Assembly: GCA_036003705.1 (NCBI GenBank)
Contig: DASYSE010000102.1
Span: 4,965-68,964 of the forward strand
DNA: 64,000 bases
Direction: 5' to 3'
Origin: Actinomycetes bacterium
GTDB lineage: Bacteria; Actinomycetota; CALGFH01
Positions 36,866 through 46,979 of this stretch are shown here, in pieces (the first letter of the stretch is position 1; the number at the start of each line of letters is the position of its first letter). The position numbers and the translations under genes are program-made. The notes under the pieces were generated by a model, which was not told where the DNA came from, searched no databases, and saw only the letters and a list, made by a program, of their open reading frames with translations.

Positions 36866-37620
36866 CCCTCGAGCTGCTCCCGGCGGTCGACCTGCTCGAC
36901 GGGAAGGCGGCCCGGCTCGTGCAGGGCGTCGCCGGAACCCAGACCGCCTACGGCGACCCGGTCGAGGCCGCGACCGCCTTCGCCGCCGAGGGCGCCCGCT
37001 GGCTGCACGTGGTCGACCTGGACGCCGCCTTCGGCCGCGGGCCCCGCAACCGCGAGCAGCTCGGACACATCGTCGCCGCGGTCGCCCCGGTGCGGGTCGA
37101 GGCCTCCGGCGGGGTGCGCACCCCGGCCGACCTGCACGCCCTGCTCGACCTCGGCGCGGCCAGGGTGGTGATCGGCACCGCGGCCCTGGAGGACCCGGAG
37201 TGGGTCGCCGAGGCGTGCGCCAGCCACGGCGAGGCGGTCGCGGTCGGCCTGGACGCCCGCGGCCGGACCCTGCAGGCCCGCGGCTGGACGACCAGCGGCG
37301 GCGACCTGTTCGAGGTCCTGCACCGGCTGGAGGCCGCCGGCTGCCGGCGGTTCGTCCACACCGAGGTGGCCAGGGACGGCATGCTCTCGGGCCCGGCGAT
37401 CGAGCGCCTCCGTGAGGTCCTGGCCGCCACCAGCCGCCCGGTGATCGCCTCCGGCGGCGTCTCCAGCCTCGACGACCTCCGCGCCCTGGCGGTCCTGGAA
37501 CCCGGCGGCCTGGAGGGCGCGATCGTCGGCAAGGCGCTGTACACGGGTCGCCTCACCGTCGCCGGCGCCATCGCCGCCCTCGCCGACGCCGCCCGGGTCC
37601 CCGATGGGAGGGGGCTGTGA
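36862..37620 (+). CDS. hisA: Phosphoribosyl isomerase HisA. Probably the actinobacterial PriA type with dual HisA/TrpF activity, since no trpF is present in the adjacent trp cluster
   Basis: (beta/alpha)8 HisA motifs ([36 protein letters not shown]). The GTG overlaps the hisH stop. Confidence 0.85.
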   Translation: MTLELLPAVDLLDGKAARLVQGVAGTQTAYGDPVEAATAFAAEGARWLHVVDLDAAFGRGPRNREQLGHIVAAVAPVRVEASGGVRTPADLHALLDLGAARVVIGTAALEDPEWVAEACASHGEAVAVGLDARGRTLQARGWTTSGGDLFEVLHRLEAAGCRRFVHTEVARDGMLSGPAIERLREVLAATSRPVIASGGVSSLDDLRALAVLEPGGLEGAIVGKALYTGRLTVAGAIAALADAARVPDGRGL

Positions 37621-38378
37621 CCCTGGCCAGACGGGTGATCCCGTGCCTGGACGTGGCGGCTGGGCGGGTGGTGAAGGGCGTCTCGTTCGTCGACCTGGTC
37701 GACGCCGGCGACCCGGCCGAGCTGGCCCGGATCTACGATGCCGAGGGCGCCGACGAGCTGGTCTTCCTCGACATCACCGCCACCGTCGAGGCCCGCGCCA
37801 CCTTGTTCGAGGCGGTCGCCCGGACCGCGGAGCAGGTGTTCATCCCGCTCACGGTGGGCGGCGGGGTCCGCACCGTCGAGGACGTCCGGCGCCTGCTGCG
37901 GGCCGGCGCCGACAAGGTGTCGGTCAACTCGGCCGCCGTCCGCGACCCGGAGCTGCTGTCGGCCGGGGCCGGCACCTACGGGGTCCAGTGCATGGTCCTG
38001 GCCATCGACGCCCGCCGCCGTCCCGACGGCCACGGCTGGGAGGTGGTGGTCGACGGCGGCCGCACCCCCACCGGACGCGACGCCGTCGCCTGGGCCGAGG
38101 AGGCCGCCGACCGGGGCGCCGGGGAGCTCCTGGTCACCAGCATGGACGCCGACGGCCAGCGGACCGGCTACGATCTCGAGCTGGTCCGCGCCATGACCAC
38201 CGCCGTCGACCTCCCCGTCATCGCCAGCGGCGGCGCCGGCCAGGTCGAGCACTTCGCCGCCGCCGCCAAGGCGGGCGCCGACGCCGTCCTGGCCGCCAGC
38301 GTCTTCCATTTCGGCCAGCTGTCCATCAGCGAGGTCAAGGCGGGCCTGGCCGCCGCCGGCCTCCCCGTCCGAGCCTGA
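37617..38378 (+). CDS. hisF: Imidazole glycerol phosphate synthase, cyclase subunit
   Basis: [17 protein letters not shown]...FLDITAT...PLTVGGGVR...IASGGAG. Confidence 0.9.
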   Translation: MTLARRVIPCLDVAAGRVVKGVSFVDLVDAGDPAELARIYDAEGADELVFLDITATVEARATLFEAVARTAEQVFIPLTVGGGVRTVEDVRRLLRAGADKVSVNSAAVRDPELLSAGAGTYGVQCMVLAIDARRRPDGHGWEVVVDGGRTPTGRDAVAWAEEAADRGAGELLVTSMDADGQRTGYDLELVRAMTTAVDLPVIASGGAGQVEHFAAAAKAGADAVLAASVFHFGQLSISEVKAGLAAAGLPVRA

Positions 38379-38414
38379 GCGCCGGGCGGCCCCGGGACCG
38401 GTGAGCCTGGTGGC

Positions 38415-41400
38415 TCACCCGGCCGCCGGGGCGCCGGCGGTGGCGGCGATGCCGGCCTCGCTCAGGTTGCGGATCTCGCGTAGGGCGACCGACAGCATGG
38501 CGATGTCGAGCTTGTCGGCCTCCTTGAGGTCGGAGAGGATCGAGTTGGCCCGCTCCACCGCGGCCCGGTTCTCCTCGAGCCAGCCGTCGATCAGGGCGTC
38601 GGCGTCCCGGTCCCCGGTCCCCGGCTTCAGCACCTCCGCGGTCAGCTCGCGCTGCTCGGAGTAGAGGTCGTCGCGGAGCGCGCCCTGGGCGAGCGTCTGC
38701 CAGTGGGTCTCGGCCGGCAGCCGGGCGATCTGGTCGCGCAGCCAGTGCAGCTCCAGCTTGTAGCCGAGGGCGAAGTAGATGGCGGCGACCGCCTCGACCG
38801 TCTCGCCGCAGCTGGTGGCCACCTCGATCACGTTCAGGCCCGAGAACAACGCATCCAGGCTGGCCACCCGGGTGGCCAGCTCGGCCGGCACGCCCGCGGC
38901 GGTGAACCGCTCGGCCAGCCGGTCCAGCGACTCGGAGTCGGCCGGGGCGAGCAGCTTGGGCAGCTCCTGGCCGAGCGAGGCGATCCCGGGGGCGAAATGG
39001 GAGACGGTGGCGGCGATGTCCAGCGGCTGGCGCCGGTTGCGCAGGAACCACAGGGCCGACCGCTCGATCATCTTGCGCCCCTCGGCCTGCAGCTCGAGCT
39101 GGACGTCGGCCGGGACCACGTTGTCCAGCGTCGCCAGGTCCTTCCAGAGCCGGCGGATGTCGAACACCTCGCGGGCGACCGTGTAGGCCCGCGCGACGTC
39201 CGGCGGGCTGGCCCCGGTCTCGTCGTGCAGCCGGTTGGCGAAGGTGCTCCCGGCCCGGTTGACCATGCTGTTGGTGACGTAGGTGGCGATGATGTGGCGG
39301 CGCAGCGGGTGGCTGCGCAGCTGGCGGCGGAACCTCTCCCGCAGCTTCGGCGGCATGTAGCGCTCCAGGTCGTCGGCCAGGTAGTCGTCCTCGGGCACGT
39401 CGGAGGCGACCAGCTGGTCCTGGAGAGCGATCTTGGAGTAGGCCAGCAGCACCGCCAGCTCCGGACGGGTCAGGCCGAGGCCGGCCGCCCGGCGCTCCGC
39501 CAGCTCCTCGTTGTCGGGCAGGAACTCCAGCCGCCGGTCCAGCCGGTTGGACAGCTCCAGGCTGCGCATCAGGCGGTCGTGCTCGTCCAGCAGCTGCGGC
39601 GCCTGCGCCTCGGTGACGCTGATCGCCTGCACCTGACGGTAGTTGTCCTGCAGGACCGCGGTGGCGACGTCACCGGTCATGTCGGCCAGCAGCCTGTCGC
39701 GCTGCTTGCGGGTCATGTCGCCCTCGTTGACCACCTGGCTCAGCAGGATCTTGATGTTGACCTCGTGGTCGGAGCAGTCGACCCCGCCGGAGTTGTCGAT
39801 GAAGTCGGTGTTGATCCGGCCGCCCGCCAGGGCGTACTCGATCCGCCCGAGCTGGGTGAAGCCGAGGTTGCCGCCCTCGCCGACGACCTTGGCGCGCAGC
39901 TCGGCCCCGTCCACCCGGACGCCGTCGTTGGTGCGGTCGCCGACGTCGGCGTTGGTCTCGCGGGCGGCCTTCACGTAGGTGCCGATGCCGGCGCTCCACA
40001 GCAGGTCGACCGGTGCCTTGAGCATGGCGCTGATCAGCTCGTTGGGGGGCAGCGCCTCGGCCCGGAGGTCGAGCAGCCGGCGGACCTCGGCCGACAGCGG
40101 GATCGACTTGGCCGAGCGCGGCCAGACCCCGCCGCCCTTCGAGATGCGGCCGGTGTCGTAGTCGGACCAGGAGGAGCGGGGCAGCCCGAACAGGCGCCCG
40201 CGCTCGACGAAGCTGGCCTCCGGGTCGGGGTCGGGGTCGAGGAACACGTGCAGGTGGTTGAACGCCCCGACCAGCTTGATGTGGCGGCTGAGCAGCATGC
40301 CGTTGCCGAACACGTCGCCGGACATGTCGCCGATGCCGACGACGGTGAAGTCGGTGGTCTGGGTGTCGAGGTCCAGCTCCCGGAACAGCTGCTTGACCGA
40401 CTCCCAGGCACCCCTCGCCGTGATCCCCATCTTCTTGTGGTCGTAGCCGGCCGACCCGCCGGAGGCGAAGGCGTCGTCCAGCCAGAAGCCGTAGTCCTGG
40501 GCGATCGAGTTGGCCAGGTCGGAGAAGGTCGCCGTCCCCTTGTCGGCCGCCACCACCAGGTAGGGGTCGTCCCCGTCATAGCGCACCACGTCCGGCGGGG
40601 GGACGACCTTGCCCTCGACCCGGTTGTCGGTGATGTCCAGCAGCCCGCGCATCATCGTCGAATAGCAGGCCACCACCTCGTCCATCAGCGCCTCGCGGCC
40701 GCCCTCGACGGGTGGTCTCTTGACCACGAAGCCGCCCTTGGCCCCGACCGGCACGATGACGGCGTTCTTGACCATCTGCGCCTTCATCAGACCCAGGATC
40801 TCGGTGCGGAAGTCCTCCCGCCGGTCCGACCAGCGGATGCCGCCCCTGGCCACCCTGCCGCCGCGCAGGTGGACGGCCTCGGTCCGCGGCGAGTACACGA
40901 ACACCTCGAACATCGGCCGCGGCTTGGGCAGCGACGGCACCCTGCTCGGGTCCAGCTTGACCGACAGGTACGGCTTGGCCTGGCCGCCCTCGCCGGTCTG
41001 GTAGTGGTTGGTCCGCAGGGTGGCCTCGACCATGTCGAGGAAGCTGCGCAGGATCCGGTCCTCGTCCAGGTTGGCGACCCGGTCGATGGCCGCGGCCAGC
41101 TGCTCCCGCAGCCCCTCCTCCCGCGCCTCCATGCCCTGCGGCTGGGTCGGGTCGAAGCGGGTCTGGAACAGCTCGACCAGCAGGCGGGCGATCTCCGGGT
41201 GGCCGGCAAGGGCCTGCTCCATGTACTCCTGGCTGAAGGTCGGCCGGGTCTGTCGCAGGTACTTGCAGTAGGCGCGCAGGACCACGATCTGCCGCCAGGT
41301 GAGCCGCGCCCGCAGCACCAGCCGGTTGAAGCCGTCGCTCTCGGCCTCGCCGCGCAGGATGGCGGCGAACGCGTCCTGGAACACGTCGCGGACCCGGCTC

Positions 41401-43280
41401 AGGTCGAGGTCATTCTCGGTGCCGCCATAGGTCATGCCGAAGTCGTGGATCCAGACCGGGCCGTGGCCGGGCCGGTTGAGCGCGTAGGGCCGCTCGTCGA
41501 CGACCTCGACCCCCATGTCCTCGAGCATCGGCACCGCGGCCGACAGCGGCAGCGGCCGGTCGGTCCAGAACAGCTTGAACCGTAGCGTCCCCGTCGGCGC
41601 CTCCAGCGGCCGGTACAGGTTCATGTTCAGCCCGCCGCGGCTCTCCAGATCCTCCATCCGCTGGATGTCGTACACCGCGTTGCGGGCCGGGAAGTCGTCG
41701 AGGTAGGCGGCCGGGAACGCCTCGCCGTACCGGCTGAACAGCTCGTTGCCCTCCTCTTCGCCGTGCAGCTCCAGCAGCAGGGAGTGCAGCTCGTCGGACC
41801 AGGAGCGGGTCACCGTGGCCAGCTTGGCCTCCAGCTCCCTGGCGTCGTAGGAGGGCATCCGCCCGGGCGGCACCCGGATGATGAAGTGCAGCCGGGCCAG
41901 CACCGACTCCGACAGCCACACCTGGAAGTCGAAGCTCGCCCCAGGGAAGGTGTCGTGGAGCACCACCTCGATGCGCCGGCGCACGGTGGTGGTGTAGCGG
42001 TCGCGGGGCACGTAGACCAGGCAGGAGACGAAGCGGCCGTAGTTGTCGTGCCACATGAACAGGCGCACCCGGCGGCGTTCCTCCAGCCGCAGGATGCCCA
42101 TGGCCGTCTCGAACAGCTGGTCGTCGGAGATCTGGAACAGCTCGTCGCGCGGGAACGTCTCCAGGATGTTGAGCAGCGACTTCCAGTCGTGGCTGTACCT
42201 GGGCAGGCCGGCCCGTTCCAGCACCTTGGCCACCTTGCGGCGCAGCACCGGGATGTCGCGCGGGTTCCGGTTGTAGGCGGCCGAGGTGTACAGGCCGAGG
42301 AAGCGCCACTCGCCGACGACCTCGCCCTGCTCGTCGAAACGCTTGACCCCGATGTAGTCGAGGTAGGACGGCCGGTGCACGGTGGAGTGCGAGTTGGCCT
42401 TGGTGAGCACCAGCACGTGCGGTTCGCGGGCCAGCCGCCTGGCCTCCGGCGGGAGCTTGGCGAAGCTGCCCGACTCCGGCTTGGTCTGTCCCTGGCGCAG
42501 GATGCCGAGGCCGGTGCCCCTGACCGGCCGCAGCATGTCCTCGCCGTCCTCCTCCACCAGGTCATAGGCCCGGTAGCCGAGGAAGGTGAAGTGGTGGTCG
42601 TCGGTCCACTCCAGCAGCGCCCTGGCCTCGGCCAGCTCGGCCTCGTCGACCGGGGGCGGCCGCTCGGCGAACTCTCCGAGGATCCGCTGGACCTGCTCAC
42701 GCACGGCCGGCCAGTCCTCGACCGCGTTGCGAACGTCGACCAGGATCTTCTCGACCCCGCCCCTGAGCCGGTCGAGCACCTCGGGCTCGCTCTGCCGGTC
42801 GACCTCGAAATGCAGGAACGACTCGCGGATGCCGTCGTCGGCGTCGGGCGGCAGCACCTCGACCAGCTCGCCGGCCTGGTCGCGCCGGACGGCGATCACC
42901 GGGTGGATGGGCAGGTGGATGACCAGCCCGTGCCGGTTCAGCTCCATCGCCACCGAGTCGACCAGGAACGGCATGTCGTCGGTGACGATCTCGACGATGG
43001 AGTGCCTGGACCGCCAGCCGTGCTCCTCGAACCGGGGGCTGTACACCCTGACCTTGGCCTCGCCGGGCTGGCGACGCTGGGCCAGGCGCCAGTGGGCCAG
43101 GGCGGCGCCGTACAGGTCTTCGATCTCGAGCTCGACCAGGTCCTCGGGGGCCAGCCGGTGGTAGTACTGGCTGGCGAACGACTCCACCTGGTCGCGTCGC
43201 TTCTCGGGCACCTTCTCGTGGATGGTGGCGACGATCTGCTGCAGGATCTCCGCTTTCGCCCGCTCTGGCTGCGTCGACAT
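38415..43280 (-). CDS. gdhB: NAD-specific glutamate dehydrogenase (large, ~180 kDa GDH family)
   Basis: 1621 aa with the characteristic N-terminus MSTQPERAKAEILQQ... and a central ELFV-dehydrogenase catalytic domain (KGGIRW, VPVGAKGGFV). GAGGGAG RBS lies 7 nt before the ATG. It is convergent with and antisense to the his operon. Confidence 0.9.
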   Translation of the reverse strand: MSTQPERAKAEILQQIVATIHEKVPEKRRDQVESFASQYYHRLAPEDLVELEIEDLYGAALAHWRLAQRRQPGEAKVRVYSPRFEEHGWRSRHSIVEIVTDDMPFLVDSVAMELNRHGLVIHLPIHPVIAVRRDQAGELVEVLPPDADDGIRESFLHFEVDRQSEPEVLDRLRGGVEKILVDVRNAVEDWPAVREQVQRILGEFAERPPPVDEAELAEARALLEWTDDHHFTFLGYRAYDLVEEDGEDMLRPVRGTGLGILRQGQTKPESGSFAKLPPEARRLAREPHVLVLTKANSHSTVHRPSYLDYIGVKRFDEQGEVVGEWRFLGLYTSAAYNRNPRDIPVLRRKVAKVLERAGLPRYSHDWKSLLNILETFPRDELFQISDDQLFETAMGILRLEERRRVRLFMWHDNYGRFVSCLVYVPRDRYTTTVRRRIEVVLHDTFPGASFDFQVWLSESVLARLHFIIRVPPGRMPSYDARELEAKLATVTRSWSDELHSLLLELHGEEEGNELFSRYGEAFPAAYLDDFPARNAVYDIQRMEDLESRGGLNMNLYRPLEAPTGTLRFKLFWTDRPLPLSAAVPMLEDMGVEVVDERPYALNRPGHGPVWIHDFGMTYGGTENDLDLSRVRDVFQDAFAAILRGEAESDGFNRLVLRARLTWRQIVVLRAYCKYLRQTRPTFSQEYMEQALAGHPEIARLLVELFQTRFDPTQPQGMEAREEGLREQLAAAIDRVANLDEDRILRSFLDMVEATLRTNHYQTGEGGQAKPYLSVKLDPSRVPSLPKPRPMFEVFVYSPRTEAVHLRGGRVARGGIRWSDRREDFRTEILGLMKAQMVKNAVIVPVGAKGGFVVKRPPVEGGREALMDEVVACYSTMMRGLLDITDNRVEGKVVPPPDVVRYDGDDPYLVVAADKGTATFSDLANSIAQDYGFWLDDAFASGGSAGYDHKKMGITARGAWESVKQLFRELDLDTQTTDFTVVGIGDMSGDVFGNGMLLSRHIKLVGAFNHLHVFLDPDPDPEASFVERGRLFGLPRSSWSDYDTGRISKGGGVWPRSAKSIPLSAEVRRLLDLRAEALPPNELISAMLKAPVDLLWSAGIGTYVKAARETNADVGDRTNDGVRVDGAELRAKVVGEGGNLGFTQLGRIEYALAGGRINTDFIDNSGGVDCSDHEVNIKILLSQVVNEGDMTRKQRDRLLADMTGDVATAVLQDNYRQVQAISVTEAQAPQLLDEHDRLMRSLELSNRLDRRLEFLPDNEELAERRAAGLGLTRPELAVLLAYSKIALQDQLVASDVPEDDYLADDLERYMPPKLRERFRRQLRSHPLRRHIIATYVTNSMVNRAGSTFANRLHDETGASPPDVARAYTVAREVFDIRRLWKDLATLDNVVPADVQLELQAEGRKMIERSALWFLRNRRQPLDIAATVSHFAPGIASLGQELPKLLAPADSESLDRLAERFTAAGVPAELATRVASLDALFSGLNVIEVATSCGETVEAVAAIYFALGYKLELHWLRDQIARLPAETHWQTLAQGALRDDLYSEQRELTAEVLKPGTGDRDADALIDGWLEENRAAVERANSILSDLKEADKLDIAMLSVALREIRNLSEAGIAATAGAPAAG

Positions 43281-43358
43281 GACAGCTCCCTCGTGTGTCC
43301 GCCCTGCCCTTCAACCATGGCAGATCGGCCGGCCCGGCGGTAGCGATAGCATGGCCCC

Positions 43359-43811
43359 ATGTCCGAGCTCTCGACCGGGGCTGTCGACGACGCCGTCGCC
43401 GGCCTCGCCTTCGACGCCGCCGGCCTGCTCCCGGCGGTTGTCCAGGACGACACCGACGGCGCCGTCCTGATGGTCGCCTGGATGGACGCGGAGGCGGTCC
43501 GGCGCACCCTCACCACCGGCCGTACCTGGTTCTGGAGTCGTTCCCGCCGCCGCTACTGGCAGAAGGGGGAGACCTCCGGCAACGTCCAGCAGGTCCGTTC
43601 GGTGACCGCCGACTGCGACCGCGACTGTCTCCTCGTTCGGGTGGAGCAGGTTGGGCCGGCGTGCCACACCGGCACGCGAAGCTGTTTCAGCGACACGCTG
43701 GTGATCGCCGATGGTGCGCGGCTCGGGGATGTGACCTCGGGCCCGGTTCACCGGGGCGGCGACCCCGAGGCCCCCCAGGCGGACCCCGAGCGGGCGGGGG
43801 CCGGCTCGTGA
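43359..43811 (+). CDS. hisI: Phosphoribosyl-AMP cyclohydrolase
   Basis: [26 protein letters not shown]...[23 protein letters not shown]...CDRDCLL...CHTG. Confidence 0.85.
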   Translation: MSELSTGAVDDAVAGLAFDAAGLLPAVVQDDTDGAVLMVAWMDAEAVRRTLTTGRTWFWSRSRRRYWQKGETSGNVQQVRSVTADCDRDCLLVRVEQVGPACHTGTRSCFSDTLVIADGARLGDVTSGPVHRGGDPEAPQADPERAGAGS

Positions 43812-45358
43812 CCGCCGCGCCTGGCGGCGTCCTGCCGGGGATCGAGGAGTTCGTGCGCCTGGCAGGGGAGCACTCGGTGGTGCCGGTCTGGCGGGAGCTG
43901 CTCGGCGACCTGGAGACGCCGGTTGGGGCGTTCCGCAAGCTCGGCGACCAGGACGGCTCGGTGCTGCTGGAGAGCGTCGAGCACGGCGAGCGCTGGGGCC
44001 GGTACTCGTTCATCGGCACCGACCCGTTCGCCACCCTGACCATCAGCGGCGGGCGGGCGTCGTGGACCGGCCGCCCCCCGGCCGGCCTGTCCGACGGGCC
44101 GCCGCTGGCGGTGCTCCGCGAGGCGCTGCGCCGGCTGCGCTCGCCGTCCCTGCCCGGGCTGCCGCCGCTGTTCGCCGGCGCCGTCGGCTACCTCGGCTAC
44201 GACCTGGTCCGCGAGCTGGAGCGCCTGCCCGACCAGACCGAGGACGATCTCCGGTTGCCCGACGGGGTGCTGGTCTTCCCCCGCTCGGTGGTCGTCTTCG
44301 ACCACCTCGGGCAGCGCCTGGTGCTGGTGGCCAACGTGGTCGTCAACCAGGCGACCGACCTGGACGCCGCCTTTGCCGACGCCTGCAGGCGCCTGGACGC
44401 CCTGGCCGCGCGGTTGTCGGTGCCGGTGGGGACGGTGCCGACCCCCCTGCCGGCGGCCGGCCCGCCGGCGGCCGCCTCCAGCGACCTGGCGCCGGGCCGC
44501 TACCAGGAGATGGTTCGGATCGCCAAGGAGCACATCCGGGCCGGCGACATCTTCCAGGTGGTCCCGTCGCAGCGGTTCTCGGTGCCGACCACCGCCGACC
44601 CGTTCGACGTCTACCGGGTCCTGCGGGTGGTCAACCCCTCCCCGTACATGTACTTCCTGCGCCTGCCGGGCGTGACCATCGCCGGCTCGTCGCCGGAGGT
44701 GCTGGTCACCGTCCAGGGTCGCCGGGCCACCATGCGGCCGATCGCCGGCACCCGGCCGCGTGGCGTCGACCAGGAGGCCGACCTGGCGCTGGAGGCCGAG
44801 CTCCAGGCCGACCAGAAGGAGCGGGCCGAGCACGTCATGCTGGTCGACCTGGCCCGCAACGACCTCGGCCGGGTCTGCCGGCCGGGCACCGTCAAGGTCG
44901 ACGACTTCATGCGGGTCGAGCGCTACTCCCACGTCATGCACCTGGTCTCCGACGTGACCGGGGAGCTGGCCGACGGGGTGGCGGCGTTCGACGTGCTGGC
45001 GGCCTGCTTCCCGGCGGGCACGGTGTCCGGGGCTCCCAAGGTCCGGGCGATGGAGATCATCGACGACCTGGAGCGCCACCGCCGCGGGCCCTACGCCGGC
45101 TGCGTCGGCTACTTCGACTTCTCCGGCAACCTCGACACCTGCATCACCATCCGGACGTTCGTGTTCGTGGACGGCGTCGCCTACTGCCAGGCCGGCGCCG
45201 GGGTGGTGGCCGACTCGGTTCCCGAGCGCGAGGAGCGCGAGACCGAAGCCAAGGCCGGCGCCCTGCTGGCCGCCGTCGCCGCCGCCCAGGCCCTCTCCGA
45301 CGCTCCATCGGCCCCCCGCGACGGCCATCGGCCGGCCGCCGCCCATGCCGGTGGCTGA
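43808..45358 (+). CDS. trpE: Anthranilate synthase component I
   Basis: Chorismate-binding enzyme motifs ([52 protein letters not shown]). The GTG overlaps the hisI stop. Confidence 0.9.
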   Translation: MTAAPGGVLPGIEEFVRLAGEHSVVPVWRELLGDLETPVGAFRKLGDQDGSVLLESVEHGERWGRYSFIGTDPFATLTISGGRASWTGRPPAGLSDGPPLAVLREALRRLRSPSLPGLPPLFAGAVGYLGYDLVRELERLPDQTEDDLRLPDGVLVFPRSVVVFDHLGQRLVLVANVVVNQATDLDAAFADACRRLDALAARLSVPVGTVPTPLPAAGPPAAASSDLAPGRYQEMVRIAKEHIRAGDIFQVVPSQRFSVPTTADPFDVYRVLRVVNPSPYMYFLRLPGVTIAGSSPEVLVTVQGRRATMRPIAGTRPRGVDQEADLALEAELQADQKERAEHVMLVDLARNDLGRVCRPGTVKVDDFMRVERYSHVMHLVSDVTGELADGVAAFDVLAACFPAGTVSGAPKVRAMEIIDDLERHRRGPYAGCVGYFDFSGNLDTCITIRTFVFVDGVAYCQAGAGVVADSVPEREERETEAKAGALLAAVAAAQALSDAPSAPRDGHRPAAAHAGG

Positions 45359-46118
45359 CAACGGCCCCGCCGGCAGGGCGGACGGTCCAGCACCGGCCGG
45401 TCGGGGGGCCCCCCTGCGCGGCTCGGCTGGCAGGGCGGACGGTCCAGCACCGGCCGGTCGGGGGGCTCCCCCGCGCGGCTCGGCCGGCAGGGCGGACGGT
45501 CCAGCACCGGCCGGTCGGGGGGCTCCTCTGGGCGGCCCGGCGCCGCCGGCCCCCGAGCGGCGGTCGCTGCAGCTGGCCCTCGTGGCGGCGGTGGTCGGGG
45601 TGGGGCTGGCCGTGACCGGGGCAGGCCGGCCGTGGGCGACGGTCAGCGCCAACGTCGAGCTGCCCGGGCTCGGCTCGGCCCGGCTCGGCGCCGCCGAGGT
45701 CACCGGCAACGACCTGCTGCCCCTCGGCGGGCTCGCCCTGCTCGGGCTGGTGCTGCTGGTCGGGGTGGCCGTGACCAGGGGGCACGGCCGCTGGGCGGTG
45801 GGGCTGGCCCTGCTCGCCCTGGGCGGCGCCCTGGCCGTTGGAGCCGTGGTGGGCGGGAACCGGGTCGGCGCCGAGGCCGCCGAACGGGCCGAGCTCGGGC
45901 TGCTGGAGGGGGTGCCCGGCGGGACCGGCGTCCAGGTCGCCACCCCGAGGGCCGGCCCGGTCCTGGTCGTGGCCGGCGGCCTGCTGCTGGCCCTGGCCGG
46001 CCTGGAGGCGCTCCGGCGCGGGCCGCGCTGGCCGGCGCTCGGCGACGCCTTCCGGGCTCCGCCCGACCGCGTCCAGCCGGTCGCCGACCCCGGCGAGCCG
46101 CCCTGGGAAGGTGACTGA
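45345..46118 (+). CDS. Trp-cluster-associated polytopic membrane protein (TrpX-like, Rv1610-type), with a repetitive Pro/Gly/Ala-rich N-terminus
   Basis: Four hydrophobic helices. The position between trpE and trpC matches the conserved actinobacterial 'Trp region membrane protein'. It overlaps the trpE end by 14 nt. Confidence 0.5.
   Translation: MPVADNGPAGRADGPAPAGRGAPLRGSAGRADGPAPAGRGAPPRGSAGRADGPAPAGRGAPLGGPAPPAPERRSLQLALVAAVVGVGLAVTGAGRPWATVSANVELPGLGSARLGAAEVTGNDLLPLGGLALLGLVLLVGVAVTRGHGRWAVGLALLALGGALAVGAVVGGNRVGAEAAERAELGLLEGVPGGTGVQVATPRAGPVLVVAGGLLLALAGLEALRRGPRWPALGDAFRAPPDRVQPVADPGEPPWEGD
45372..45542 (+). repeat. 57-bp in-frame tandem repeat x3, encoding GRADGPAPAGRGAP(L/P)RGSA, within the trpX-like N-terminus
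   Basis: ggcagggcggacggtccagcaccggccggtcggggggc(c/t)cccctgcgcggctcggc(t/c) repeated three times. Confidence 0.8.
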
Positions 46119-46211
46119 CCAGGGACCTTACCGCCCTCGAACGAGGCGACCAGCGTCCCCGAACCTGCTCGGGCGATGCTACGGTCGGCCCAACGGCGGA
46201 AAGGGGACTGG

Positions 46212-46979
46212 TTGACGCCCGAGCACCCCTCCAAGGGGACCGTGCTGCTGGTCGAGGACGAGGAGTCCATCGCCGACCTGGTCCGGCTGTACCTGGAGCG
46301 CGATGGCTTCCAGGTGGTGTGGCGCACCGACGGCCCGTCCGGCCTGGCCGCGGTCGACGCCGAGCGTCCCCGGCTGGTGCTGCTGGACCTGATGCTGCCC
46401 GGCATGGACGGGTTCGAGGTGACCAGGGCGCTGCGCGAGCGGGGCGGCCGGGTGCCGATCATCGTGGTGACGGCCAGGGAGGAGGAGGCCGACCGGGTGC
46501 TCGGCCTCGAGCTCGGCGCCGACGACTACGTGACCAAGCCGTTCTCGCCCCGCGAGCTGGTGGCCCGCGTCAAGGCGGTGCTGCGCCGCGCCGAGCCCGA
46601 GCCGAGGGCCGGTCTGGAGCCGCCGCTGCACCTCGGCAGCCTCACCGTCGACCCGGCCCGCCACGAGGTCGTGTTCGAGGGCCGCCCGGTGCAGCTCACC
46701 GCCCGCGAGTTCGAGCTGCTCTGCTACCTGGTCCGCAACCGGGGCCTGGTCCTGACCCGGGACCAGATCCTCGAGCGCGTCTGGGGCTACTCGTTCCCGG
46801 CCGACACCCGGACCGTCGACGTCCACATCCGCCAGCTTCGCGCCAAGCTGGGTGAGCGCGCCCCCATCGCCACCATCCGCGGCGTCGGCTACAAGGCAGA
46901 GGACCGCGGGAGCGTCCCAGGCGCCCAAGGGGGGCCATCCATGGGGCCCGGCCCCCGGCCCGGGTCGGAGCAGGGCTGA
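46212..46979 (+). CDS. OmpR/PhoB-family two-component response regulator
   Basis: Receiver domain (LLVEDEE...DGFQVV...LVLLDLMLPGMDG...GADDYVTKPF) plus a winged-helix DNA-binding domain (LTAREFELLCYLVRNRGLVLTRDQILERVWGY...RTVDVHIRQLRAKL). Probable TTG start at 46212 after an AAAGGGGA RBS. The track's ATG at 46176 is an alternative. Confidence 0.85.
   Translation: MTPEHPSKGTVLLVEDEESIADLVRLYLERDGFQVVWRTDGPSGLAAVDAERPRLVLLDLMLPGMDGFEVTRALRERGGRVPIIVVTAREEEADRVLGLELGADDYVTKPFSPRELVARVKAVLRRAEPEPRAGLEPPLHLGSLTVDPARHEVVFEGRPVQLTAREFELLCYLVRNRGLVLTRDQILERVWGYSFPADTRTVDVHIRQLRAKLGERAPIATIRGVGYKAEDRGSVPGAQGGPSMGPGPRPGSEQG

Noticed and set aside
38703-41585. 960-aa + strand ORF inside the NAD-GDH locus
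   Set aside because: Antisense shadow of the 1621-aa GDH gene. The translation is low-complexity.
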